Part shown: positions 50,315 through 58,855 of the stretch, piece after piece
Numbering within the stretch: position 1 is the first letter of the stretch
How the letters are laid out: each line of letters opens with the position of its first letter
Source of the DNA: Abditibacteriaceae bacterium
GTDB taxonomy: Bacteria > Armatimonadota > Abditibacteriia > Abditibacteriales > Abditibacteriaceae
Direction of reading: 5' to 3'
Length of the DNA: 64,000 nucleotides
NCBI GenBank assembly: GCA_965277285.1
Contig: OZ255721.1
Location: 2,784,001-2,848,000 of the forward strand
The notes under the pieces: generated by a model
What the model was told of the DNA's origin: nothing
Databases searched by the model: none
Seen by the model: only the letters and a program-made list of their open reading frames with translations
Position numbers and translations under genes: made by a program

Positions 50315-52309
50315 ATGAACCGCAAACTGACTTTGGGTGCTTTGCTGGCTGTTATGGCCGCTGCCCCCGCCATTGTGACGCCGAACCTGGTAAGCCAGGC
50401 CAGCGCGCAGACGACACGCGACTCCGCGGAATTCCCGGATGTCCCGAAGAACCACTGGGCTTACGAAGCCATCAACAAACTGGCTGCCGCGGGCATCATC
50501 GAAGGCCGCGACGGTGGCAACTATGTCGGCAACGCGCCGATGACCCGCTATGAGTTCGCGGTCGCTATCGCCCGCTTGCTCGACAAAATTCAACCGTCCG
50601 GTACGTCTTACGATGACACGGCGATTCGCGGTCAAATCGCCGGTTTGGACACGCGTGTCACGAGCCTGGAAAATGGTCGCATCAGCCGTCAGGAAGTTCT
50701 CGACCTGATCGCTGCCTTGCGCACCGAGTTCGCCGATGAACTGTCCCGTCTGGGCGTTCGCGTTGGCGATCTGGAAACCCGCGTTGACACGTTGGAGAAG
50801 CGCACGGTTGCTCCGCCCCGCCTGACGACTTCGCTGTCGTTCCTGCACCGCACCGGTTCGGCGAACTACATCGAAGAGAATGGTCCTGGTGGCAGTGGTC
50901 GCTCCATTTTCAACGGTGACAATGCTTTTGGGACGGCTCCTCCGGCTTTGCCACGTAACAACGTTTTCGCTGGCGGTCAGCAGAACTTCACCAATGGCAA
51001 GTTTGCTTACACCGACTTTGAATTGCGTTTAACCGACCGCGTAACCGATCGCTTGAGCGTCAATGCAGCGATCCGTTCGCTAGGCGACACGCAGGAAGAC
51101 CCGTGGGCTGGTCAAACCAATAGCATTGTTGGTAATGGCGTAACGGGACCGTATGTTGCTTCCGATGGCGGCGGCGGCATTTCGGTTCGTGAAGCCAATG
51201 CGGTTGTCGACTTGGGTGGACGCAGCTATTTGGGTGCTAAGGGCTTGAGCTTGATTTTGGGTCGTCAGCACACCAAGATTGGTCAGGGCTTGATGTACGA
51301 CAACGATTTGTCGCCGACCGACCAGTTGCAGGCTCAGTTCAATGTTGGCCCGTTCCAAGTCAGCGGTTTCATCGGCAGCAGCAACAACAACACGGCTGTT
51401 GGCCCGTTGAATCCTTACTTGACCACCGGCGCTGTTCGCTGGATGGGCTTGTCGGGTAACAACGGTTCATATTTCGGCGGCCCTGTTGGCTTTGGAACTT
51501 CGCAAGCTGATATCAACCGTTCTGAGTCGGGTGCCGTCGTTGGTTTCCCCGGCTTGACGGCTCCGACGGTTGCCACCATCTTTGGACCTACAACGGTAGG
51601 TGCTGCAGCAGTTCCAGTTTATCGTGACAACAACGAAAGCTTGGTTCGCGTTGGCTTCAACCTGTTCCGTATTGCAGGCAATCCGGTTGTTATCGGTTTG
51701 AACCACATGGATGAAGGCATCGCGCGTCAGGCAGGCGACTCGGTCGACTTGTCAATTCCTTTGTTCAACCGCACGGTTGGCGTGGAATATGTCCGTGAGC
51801 GCAAGTATGCGAACGGCATCAGCACGTCGGGCAGCCCCAGTGCCTATAACGTCACTTTGCCGATTTTGCGCACTCGTGTGATTGATCTGAATGCGGCTTA
51901 TGGTCACGCCGACAACGATTTCGAGTACTTCATCTCGTCGTCGGCTAACCCATTCGCTCGCACTTACGGCGAGGCGTTGTTTGATCGCCCGATGGCTTTG
52001 GGTGCTCCGATGATCGGTGGCAACGGTAATTCGCCGACGTATATGGCGGCCAAGCGTGTTTATGACATCAGCGGCACGTTGCGCCTGATCAAAAAGTTGC
52101 CTCTCGACTTCCGTTACTATCGTGCCTATGGCACCAAAGCAACGGATGGCTTCACCAGCGACGATCTGGGTAGCGTATTCTCGGTCGGCTCGACCTTCAA
52201 CGTTAGCCCGGGTCTGGACTTGGAAGTCAAGTACGGCCAGTATGATCCGAAGTTGAACGGCTACCAGACGATCAAGTACTTCCGTGTCGGCGCCAACGTC
52301 GGTTTCTAA
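50315..52309 (+). CDS. SLH-domain outer-membrane protein (OmpM/SlpA/SomA-like architecture)
   Basis: Signal peptide, FPDVPKNHWAYEAINKL...MTRYEFA (SLH), coiled coil, beta-rich C-terminus ending in Phe. Confidence 0.85.
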   Translation: MNRKLTLGALLAVMAAAPAIVTPNLVSQASAQTTRDSAEFPDVPKNHWAYEAINKLAAAGIIEGRDGGNYVGNAPMTRYEFAVAIARLLDKIQPSGTSYDDTAIRGQIAGLDTRVTSLENGRISRQEVLDLIAALRTEFADELSRLGVRVGDLETRVDTLEKRTVAPPRLTTSLSFLHRTGSANYIEENGPGGSGRSIFNGDNAFGTAPPALPRNNVFAGGQQNFTNGKFAYTDFELRLTDRVTDRLSVNAAIRSLGDTQEDPWAGQTNSIVGNGVTGPYVASDGGGGISVREANAVVDLGGRSYLGAKGLSLILGRQHTKIGQGLMYDNDLSPTDQLQAQFNVGPFQVSGFIGSSNNNTAVGPLNPYLTTGAVRWMGLSGNNGSYFGGPVGFGTSQADINRSESGAVVGFPGLTAPTVATIFGPTTVGAAAVPVYRDNNESLVRVGFNLFRIAGNPVVIGLNHMDEGIARQAGDSVDLSIPLFNRTVGVEYVRERKYANGISTSGSPSAYNVTLPILRTRVIDLNAAYGHADNDFEYFISSSANPFARTYGEALFDRPMALGAPMIGGNGNSPTYMAAKRVYDISGTLRLIKKLPLDFRYYRAYGTKATDGFTSDDLGSVFSVGSTFNVSPGLDLEVKYGQYDPKLNGYQTIKYFRVGANVGF

Positions 52310-52344
52310 GAAGTGCTGAAACTAACGGCGAGTGTTCGCTGTGC

Positions 52345-52376
52345 AAAAGCCCCGTCGAGAAATCGGCGGGGCTTTT
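52345..52376 (+). terminator. Intrinsic terminator
   Basis: AAAAGCCCCGTCGA-GAAA-TCGGCGGGGCTTTT. Confidence 0.85.
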
Positions 52377-52458
52377 GTTGTCTGGCGCTTTTGAGTTGCG
52401 CGCATTCCTTACGATTGGCTATGCTGTGAAGGGATGAACCAGAACAGGAGTACTCGAT

Positions 52459-53448
52459 ATGAATCGTTCAAGATCAACGCCGTGGGGCTGGATAATTTTC
52501 TCGACGCTTTTACTGGCGATTGTAGCAATCGTCGGACTGAATTTGATTGGCATTGCGCGTGGGAGAGGCGACAGTAGCTTGGGACCAGGCATTGGACTAA
52601 TCGAACTGTCGGGTGAAATCTCTGATGAGGGAACGTCCAGCCCTTTAAGCGGTTCGACCAGCGGAGCGCGCGAAATTATTGAGGAACTGAATAAAGCACG
52701 GCGCGATTCTTCGATCAAAGCAGTCGTGATTCGCATCAATTCGCCGGGTGGCTCGGCCTCGGCGTCGCAGGAAATGTACGAAGCGGTGCAGGAACTGCGG
52801 CAAAGTGGCAAGCCCGTGATTTGCTCGATGGGCGATCTGGCGGCGTCTGGCGGTTATTATGTCGCGTCCGGCTGCGATACGATTTACGCAAACGGCTCGA
52901 CGTTGACTGGCTCGATCGGCGTGATTTCGCAATATTTGAATTATGCCGGTTTGTTTAAGAAACTGGGTTTGGAGCAAGCGACGATTAAAAGTGGTTTATT
53001 CAAAGATGCCGGTAATCCGGCGCGACCATTGACGCCGCAGGAAAAGCAGCTTTTTCAGGCGATGATTATGAACGTTTACAATCAGTTTGTGAACGATGTG
53101 GCGCGTGGTCGCAAAGGTAAATTGACGCGCGCCGAGATTTTGAAACTGGCAAACGGGCGCGTTTATACTGGCGAGCAGGCCAAAGCGAACAAACTGATTG
53201 ACAAGTTGGGTGGCCTGAACGATGCCATTCGGGACGCCGCCAGTCGTGCCGGTTTGACGGGCGAACCAAACGTAAAATCGCTGAGCAGTCGGCGTGGCGT
53301 GTCGGGTTCTCTCCTGGGCGCTGACAGCGATGCGACACTTTCCGAAGCGACTTCTTCGATGGGGCGCGCAGCGGGTCAAGCCTTCGCCGAAAGCTTGGCA
53401 AAACAATTGCGCTCGGATACGTCCACGACGGCGTTGCAAGCACGTTAA
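52459..53448 (+). CDS. sppA: Signal peptide peptidase SppA (36K type)
   Basis: RINSPGGS, SMGDLAASGGYY, TGSIGV, GRVYTGEQA. Confidence 0.95.
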   Translation: MNRSRSTPWGWIIFSTLLLAIVAIVGLNLIGIARGRGDSSLGPGIGLIELSGEISDEGTSSPLSGSTSGAREIIEELNKARRDSSIKAVVIRINSPGGSASASQEMYEAVQELRQSGKPVICSMGDLAASGGYYVASGCDTIYANGSTLTGSIGVISQYLNYAGLFKKLGLEQATIKSGLFKDAGNPARPLTPQEKQLFQAMIMNVYNQFVNDVARGRKGKLTRAEILKLANGRVYTGEQAKANKLIDKLGGLNDAIRDAASRAGLTGEPNVKSLSSRRGVSGSLLGADSDATLSEATSSMGRAAGQAFAESLAKQLRSDTSTTALQAR

Positions 53449-53463
53449 ATCGATTGAAGAGCC

Positions 53464-53530
53464 GCGAACCCGAAGCGTCAGCGAGGGAGTTATATGATAA
53501 ATAAATCCCTCGCTGACGCTTCGGGTTCGC
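53464..53530. repeat. Family B palindromic repeat
   Basis: GCGAACCCGAAGCGTCAGCGAGGGA / TCCCTCGCTGACGCTTCGGGTTCGC. Confidence 0.85.
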
Positions 53531-53565
53531 TTTGTAAATCGAGTACTCGAAACTTTAAAATTCCA

Positions 53566-56280
53566 ATGAAACTTTTGCTTGTTGATGGTTATTCGTTGTT
53601 GTATCGCGCGTTTTTTTCCAGTCCGCCGCTGACGACGCGCGAAGGGCAGCCAACCGGTGCGCTTTATGGTTTCGTGCGAATGCTCTTGCGCTTGCTCGAT
53701 GAAAACGAGCCGGAATACGCGCTGGTCGCGCTGGATGCCAGCGGCCCGACCTTTCGCCACGATTCGTTCGCCGATTACAAAGCGAATCGCTCAGCTGCAC
53801 CCGACGACCTTAAAATACAATCGAAATTGGCGCGCGATCTCTTGGACGGGCTTTCGATTGCACGCTACGAGCATCAGGGTTTTGAAGGCGATGACGTACT
53901 GGGAACGCTCGCGCGCATCGGAACCGAGCGCGGTTTGGACGTGACGATTGTGACCGGTGACGGCGACGCGTTGCAGTTGGTCAGCGAACACGTCAGCGTG
54001 ATGTTGACGCGGCGCGGCGTTTCGGAACTGGATTGTTTCACGCCCGAAGCGGTGCAGGCGAAATATCAGTTTGAGCCGAAACTTTTGCCCGACTACAAAG
54101 GTTTGCGCGGCGATACGTCCGATAACATTCCTGGCGTTCCGGGCATCGGCGACAAAACCGCGATCAACTTGATCAGCAAATATGGCGCGCTGGAAAATAT
54201 CTACGAACACTTGAGCGAAGTGACGCCGCCGCGCATCGGAAAACTGCTGGAAGAACACCGCGACGCGGCTTTTCAGTCGCGCGAACTGGCGCGCATCGTT
54301 TGCGATTTGCCGCTCGATTATAGTTTCGATTCGTGCAAGTTCAACACGAAATTAGAAGACGAACAACGCGAAACTGCGCTCGCAACGGTGCGACTGTTCG
54401 AGTTCAAAAGCCTGATTGCGCGCTATGCGAAACGTGACGGAAGCGCATCTGACCAAGTTGAAGAAACTGAAGCGACAACGCTCGAAACGCGCGAGCCGAA
54501 GATTTTGCGCGCCACCAATTGGAGCGAAGTTGAAAGCTGGCTGCAAGCGCAATCGAGTACTCGAATCGCGTTTATGACGACCGAAACCGGTTGCGCGTTG
54601 GGCAGCGACGACCAAGCGTTGCTGTTCAACGGCGATGTTTCAGAACGGAAATCGTGGTTGCAAGATGCGTCGAAAGAAAAGATCGTCCACGACGCAAAAA
54701 CCTTGAAATTGGAAATGTGCCGCCGCGATATTTCTTTGGAAGGCGTGTCGGACGACGCGCTTTTAATGGGTTATTTGCTCGATCCGACGCGGCAAAATCA
54801 TCCTCTGGCGCATCTGGCGGAAAAATATCTGGGACGCGCTTTTCCCGTTATCGAACCGATTTCGACCAAGAAAAGCAAAGCCGCCGCGTCCTTATTTGAG
54901 GAAGAATCGAGTACTCGAACGCCGGAAGACGAGGCGCGCGAAGCTGCTCAAGAACAGCTTTTGGCGAACGAAGTTTGCGCGTTGTTCGATTTGCGATTGG
55001 CGTTGCGTGCGGCGTTGGAAAGCATCGACGAAGAGAAACTTTTCGACGAATTGGAACTGCCTTTGGTGAATGTCTTGGTTTCGATGGAGCAGAGCGGAAT
55101 GTTGCTCGATGTCGCACAATTGCGCATTTTGGGCGAAAAACTTCAGGTCGATGCGCAGCGCTTGCAAAGCGAAATCTGGCAACTGGCGGGCGAAGAGTTC
55201 AACATCGGATCGACCAAGCAATTGCAAGTCGTGTTGTTTGAAAAGCTCGGTTTGTCCAAAGGCCGGACGACAAAAACCGGCTATTCGACTGATGTTCACA
55301 CGCTGGAGCGCCTGGCCGAAGACCACGAAATCGTGCGCAAAATCCTCGATTATCGCGGCACGACCAAGCTGCAGGTGACGTATGTCGAAGCCTTGCTCAA
55401 AGGCATGGATGAGAAAGCGCATCGCATTCACACCAATCTCAATCAGACTGGCGCGGTTTCCGGTCGGCTTTCTTCGAGCGATCCGAACCTGCAAAACATC
55501 CCGATTCGCACTGAGCAAGGCCGCCTGATTCGCAAAGCCTTTATCGCGCCGGAAGGACACGTTCTGATGGCGGCGGATTATTCGCAAATCGAACTGCGCA
55601 TTCTGGCGCACATCACGAACGATGCGCCGCTGGTGGAAGCGTTTCGCAGCGGCCAGGATGTTCACGCGCGCACAGCAGCCGATTTATTCAACGTGAAGGT
55701 TGAAGATGTGGACAGCGAAATGCGTCGCAAAGCGAAAATGACCAACTACGCGATTGCTTACGGCGTGTCGGGTTTCGGGCTGGCGAAGCAGTTGGGAACT
55801 GGTAACGCGGGCGAAGCGCAAGAGTTTATCAAGCGTTATTTTGAGGCGTTGCCCGGCGTGAAGTCTTATTTCGATGAGACTTTGCGCGGCGCGCGCGAAC
55901 GCGGTTACGTCGAAACTTTGATGGGACGCCGCCGACCTTTGCCAGAAATCACGTCTCCGCGCGCCGTTGAACGCGCCGCAGCCGAACGCACTGCCGTCAA
56001 TCATCCGATTCAGGGAACATCCGCCGACATTATGAAAATCGCCATGCTGTCGATTGACAAAGCCTTGCGCGAAAGCGATTTGAGTACTCGAATGACGATG
56101 CAAGTGCATGACGAACTGGTTTTTGAAGTGCCACAAAACGAAATCGAAACCGTGGCGAAACTCGTCGAAACCCACATGCGCGACGTTCCAACCAAAGCGT
56201 TAAATCTCAGCGTGCCGCTGGAAGTCGAAGTCGAAATCGGCCCCAACTGGAACGATACACACGCAATTGGCGAGAGTTGA
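53566..56280 (+). CDS. polA: DNA polymerase I
   Basis: LLLVDGYSLLYRAFF, GDTSDNIPGVPGIG, GRLSSSDPNLQNIP, DYSQIELR, QVHDEL. Confidence 0.97.
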   Translation: MKLLLVDGYSLLYRAFFSSPPLTTREGQPTGALYGFVRMLLRLLDENEPEYALVALDASGPTFRHDSFADYKANRSAAPDDLKIQSKLARDLLDGLSIARYEHQGFEGDDVLGTLARIGTERGLDVTIVTGDGDALQLVSEHVSVMLTRRGVSELDCFTPEAVQAKYQFEPKLLPDYKGLRGDTSDNIPGVPGIGDKTAINLISKYGALENIYEHLSEVTPPRIGKLLEEHRDAAFQSRELARIVCDLPLDYSFDSCKFNTKLEDEQRETALATVRLFEFKSLIARYAKRDGSASDQVEETEATTLETREPKILRATNWSEVESWLQAQSSTRIAFMTTETGCALGSDDQALLFNGDVSERKSWLQDASKEKIVHDAKTLKLEMCRRDISLEGVSDDALLMGYLLDPTRQNHPLAHLAEKYLGRAFPVIEPISTKKSKAAASLFEEESSTRTPEDEAREAAQEQLLANEVCALFDLRLALRAALESIDEEKLFDELELPLVNVLVSMEQSGMLLDVAQLRILGEKLQVDAQRLQSEIWQLAGEEFNIGSTKQLQVVLFEKLGLSKGRTTKTGYSTDVHTLERLAEDHEIVRKILDYRGTTKLQVTYVEALLKGMDEKAHRIHTNLNQTGAVSGRLSSSDPNLQNIPIRTEQGRLIRKAFIAPEGHVLMAADYSQIELRILAHITNDAPLVEAFRSGQDVHARTAADLFNVKVEDVDSEMRRKAKMTNYAIAYGVSGFGLAKQLGTGNAGEAQEFIKRYFEALPGVKSYFDETLRGARERGYVETLMGRRRPLPEITSPRAVERAAAERTAVNHPIQGTSADIMKIAMLSIDKALRESDLSTRMTMQVHDELVFEVPQNEIETVAKLVETHMRDVPTKALNLSVPLEVEVEIGPNWNDTHAIGES

Positions 56281-56303
56281 TTGGTTGCGGAAGTCTCGAT
56301 ATT

Positions 56304-56371
56304 TCGTAGGGACGCCATCTTGCTGCGTCCACACAACACAAAACGGACGCAGCAAGATGGCGTCCCTACGA
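56304..56371. repeat. GTAG-type REP doublet
   Basis: TCGTAGGGACGCCATCTTGCTGCGTCC / GGACGCAGCAAGATGGCGTCCCTACGA. Confidence 0.8.
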
Positions 56372-56746
56372 GAAGCGCCGACGATTGAGAACCGAAAAGC
56401 CCATCGAGTACTTGAATTTTTGCGGGCAATTATTCTGGATTTTTCCTTGCACGAAGCGGTTTCGTTTGTTATCATTCGATAGGTTTTCTCCCCGCATCGT
56501 CCAATTGCAGTTCACGAGAGCGCTTTGTCAGTGCAACCTTTTTCGGTTTGCGACTTTCGAGCGGCGTGTTGGTGTCAAAGGTCGCTGGGGAACCTTTCGT
56601 ATCCGAAATTATCACATTTCGGCGCTACGGCTGAGACAAAACACACTACTTGAAAGAACGCGCACCCGCCAGAACGGGCAAGTCGAGTACTCGAAAACGA
56701 GGGAAATCTCGAACGAGGAAGCGATGGCGCGTTGAGGAGATTTGCC

Positions 56747-58537
56747 GTGGACAACACCACACCGAACACCGAAAGCAGCGTCGCTAATAACGCTACGACC
56801 AATGACATTGCGGCGGGCACTGCGTCTGCCGATATTGCGTCTGCCGCGACGCATTCCGCGCCAGCAACTGAAACACGCGTGGATGATACGCCAACAAGCG
56901 GCGCTAACGAAACACCGCAAAATGGCGTTCCGCAAAGCGACGCGCCGCAAAGCGATGTTCAGCCCGACAGCCGCGACGCCTTAGCTGCAACGACGGACGC
57001 TGCATCTGCGAACGCGACGACTCCGGTCGCCGAAACGCAGGAATCGCCTACTCAGCCACAGATTTCTGAAGCGTTGGCGGCAGAAGCTCCGGCAGAAGCG
57101 CAGCACGAAATTGCGGCTTCCGCTCCGGTGGAAACTCCGGTTGCACCTGAAGCATCGACTGCGCCCGAGGCAGCGCCCAATGCGCAAAGCGAACCGGCAC
57201 GTTCGAACAAGCCGCTTTCGATGGCGCAAGTCATGGAATCGGACGAGTTCAGCTCGTATATGAGCGGCGTCGATGCGTTGCAGCGTGGCGCTTTGATGCC
57301 GGGAACGGTGGTTCGCGTGGATGAAAACACGGGCGAAGTTCTGGTTGACATCGGCGCCAAAAGCGAAGGTATTATCGCGCGCAATGAAGTCGGCGATGAG
57401 CCTGTCAATGTCGGCGACGAAATCGAAGTCGTCGTGTTGCGCCCCGAAGATGACGAAGGTCATCCCGTCGTCTCGAAGCGTCGCGCCGATTACGAGAAAA
57501 CCTGGCGCGTTATTCAGCAGGCGAAAGATAAGAACACCGACATCGAAGGTTTGGTGCGCGAGCAGGTCAAAGGCGGCCTGATCGTTGATCTGGGTGTTCC
57601 GGCTTTTGTTCCGGCGTCTCATGTCGATACGCGCAACCGCAGCGACTTGAGCCGTTTCGTTGGTCGCACGATTCCCTTGCGCGTCATTGAAATTGATCGC
57701 AAGCGCAACAAGGTTATTGGTTCGCATCGTTTAGCGGTGCAGGAAGACCGCGAAAAGCGCGAAGCCGATGCGTGGGCTGGTTTGCAAAAAGACAAGATCG
57801 TTGAAGGCGTGGTGCGCCGCATCACGGACTTTGGCGCGTTCGTTGACATCGGCGGTATTGACGGCTTGTTGCACGTCCGCGAAATGGGTTGGAGCCGCGT
57901 TGAGCATCCCGACAGCGTTGTGAAAAAAGGCCAGAAGATTCAGGTCTTGATTCTCGACATCGACGAGGAGCGCAAGCGCGTTGCCCTCGGTTTGAAACAG
58001 TTGCAAAGCGATCCGTGGAAGAAGGCGGCCAAGAATTATCGCGTCGGCCAGACTGTGACTGGCAAAGTCGTGCGTTTGGCTCCGAGCGTCGCGTTTGTCG
58101 AACTGGAAGATGGCGTTGAAGGTATTATTCCGGTGGGCGAAATCAGCGAAACGCGCATCAACGAGCCGGGCGATGTCTTGACGGTCGGGCAGCAAGTCGA
58201 AGCGCGCATCAAGCAGATTCAAACCAATCAGCGCCGCATTTCGTTGAGCCTGAAAGCTGCTGTGCAAGAGCGCGAAGTCCGTGAAGTTCGCACGCAGGTG
58301 CGCGAAGTCAATCAACGCGCGACTGGTGGCGGTGGAGCAAGCGGCGATGATGGCGGAGCCTTGCGTTTGGGCGATGTCTTCGGTCAGCAGTTGCGCGCTG
58401 CACGCGATCGTGGCAAAGAGCGCAACGAAGCGCGTAGCGAAGCCCGCGCCCGTGCCATGCAAGCCGCTGAAGAAGAAGAAGAAGACTTTGAAGACGTTGA
58501 TGCCGTTGAGGTCGCTGACGATACCGAAGAAGCTTAA
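56747..58537 (+). CDS. rpsA: 30S ribosomal protein S1 (four S1 domains, long acidic extensions)
   Basis: VDIGAKSEG, VKGGLIVD, DFGAFVDIGGIDGLLH, RRISLSLK; GAGGAG RBS before GTG. Confidence 0.92.
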   Translation: MDNTTPNTESSVANNATTNDIAAGTASADIASAATHSAPATETRVDDTPTSGANETPQNGVPQSDAPQSDVQPDSRDALAATTDAASANATTPVAETQESPTQPQISEALAAEAPAEAQHEIAASAPVETPVAPEASTAPEAAPNAQSEPARSNKPLSMAQVMESDEFSSYMSGVDALQRGALMPGTVVRVDENTGEVLVDIGAKSEGIIARNEVGDEPVNVGDEIEVVVLRPEDDEGHPVVSKRRADYEKTWRVIQQAKDKNTDIEGLVREQVKGGLIVDLGVPAFVPASHVDTRNRSDLSRFVGRTIPLRVIEIDRKRNKVIGSHRLAVQEDREKREADAWAGLQKDKIVEGVVRRITDFGAFVDIGGIDGLLHVREMGWSRVEHPDSVVKKGQKIQVLILDIDEERKRVALGLKQLQSDPWKKAAKNYRVGQTVTGKVVRLAPSVAFVELEDGVEGIIPVGEISETRINEPGDVLTVGQQVEARIKQIQTNQRRISLSLKAAVQEREVREVRTQVREVNQRATGGGGASGDDGGALRLGDVFGQQLRAARDRGKERNEARSEARARAMQAAEEEEEDFEDVDAVEVADDTEEA

Positions 58538-58556
58538 TCGAGTACTCGATTGCCAT

Positions 58557-58591
58557 AAAAAGCGCACCGCGAAGTTTGCGGTGCGCTTTTT
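58557..58591 (+). terminator. Intrinsic terminator after rpsA
   Basis: AAAAAGCGCACCGCGAAGTTTGCGGTGCGCTTTTT. Confidence 0.85.
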
Positions 58592-58670
58592 CGTTTCACG
58601 GGACAACGCTATTGGGCATATCAAAGGAGATGTTGTTTTCTCGATGCTTGAAGTTTGTCAACCCGTTCAA

Positions 58671-58739
58671 CGAATCCCAAGCGTAAGCGCGGGGCTGACG
58701 TGGCTGTCATTTCAGCCCCGCGCTTACGCTTGGGATTCG
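58671..58739. repeat. Family B palindromic repeat
   Basis: CGAATCCCAAGCGTAAGCGCGGGGCTGA / TCAGCCCCGCGCTTACGCTTGGGATTCG. Confidence 0.85.
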
Positions 58740-58855
58740 TTAAAAGTTACTTCCCATTTTTCTGATTATTCGTGTTTGTGCGGCCAAACCTTTTATGCCG
58801 CTATAATTGAATTGGTAATGCGAGCGCGTCCGCGCTTTTCCTGTGAGTTGGACTT

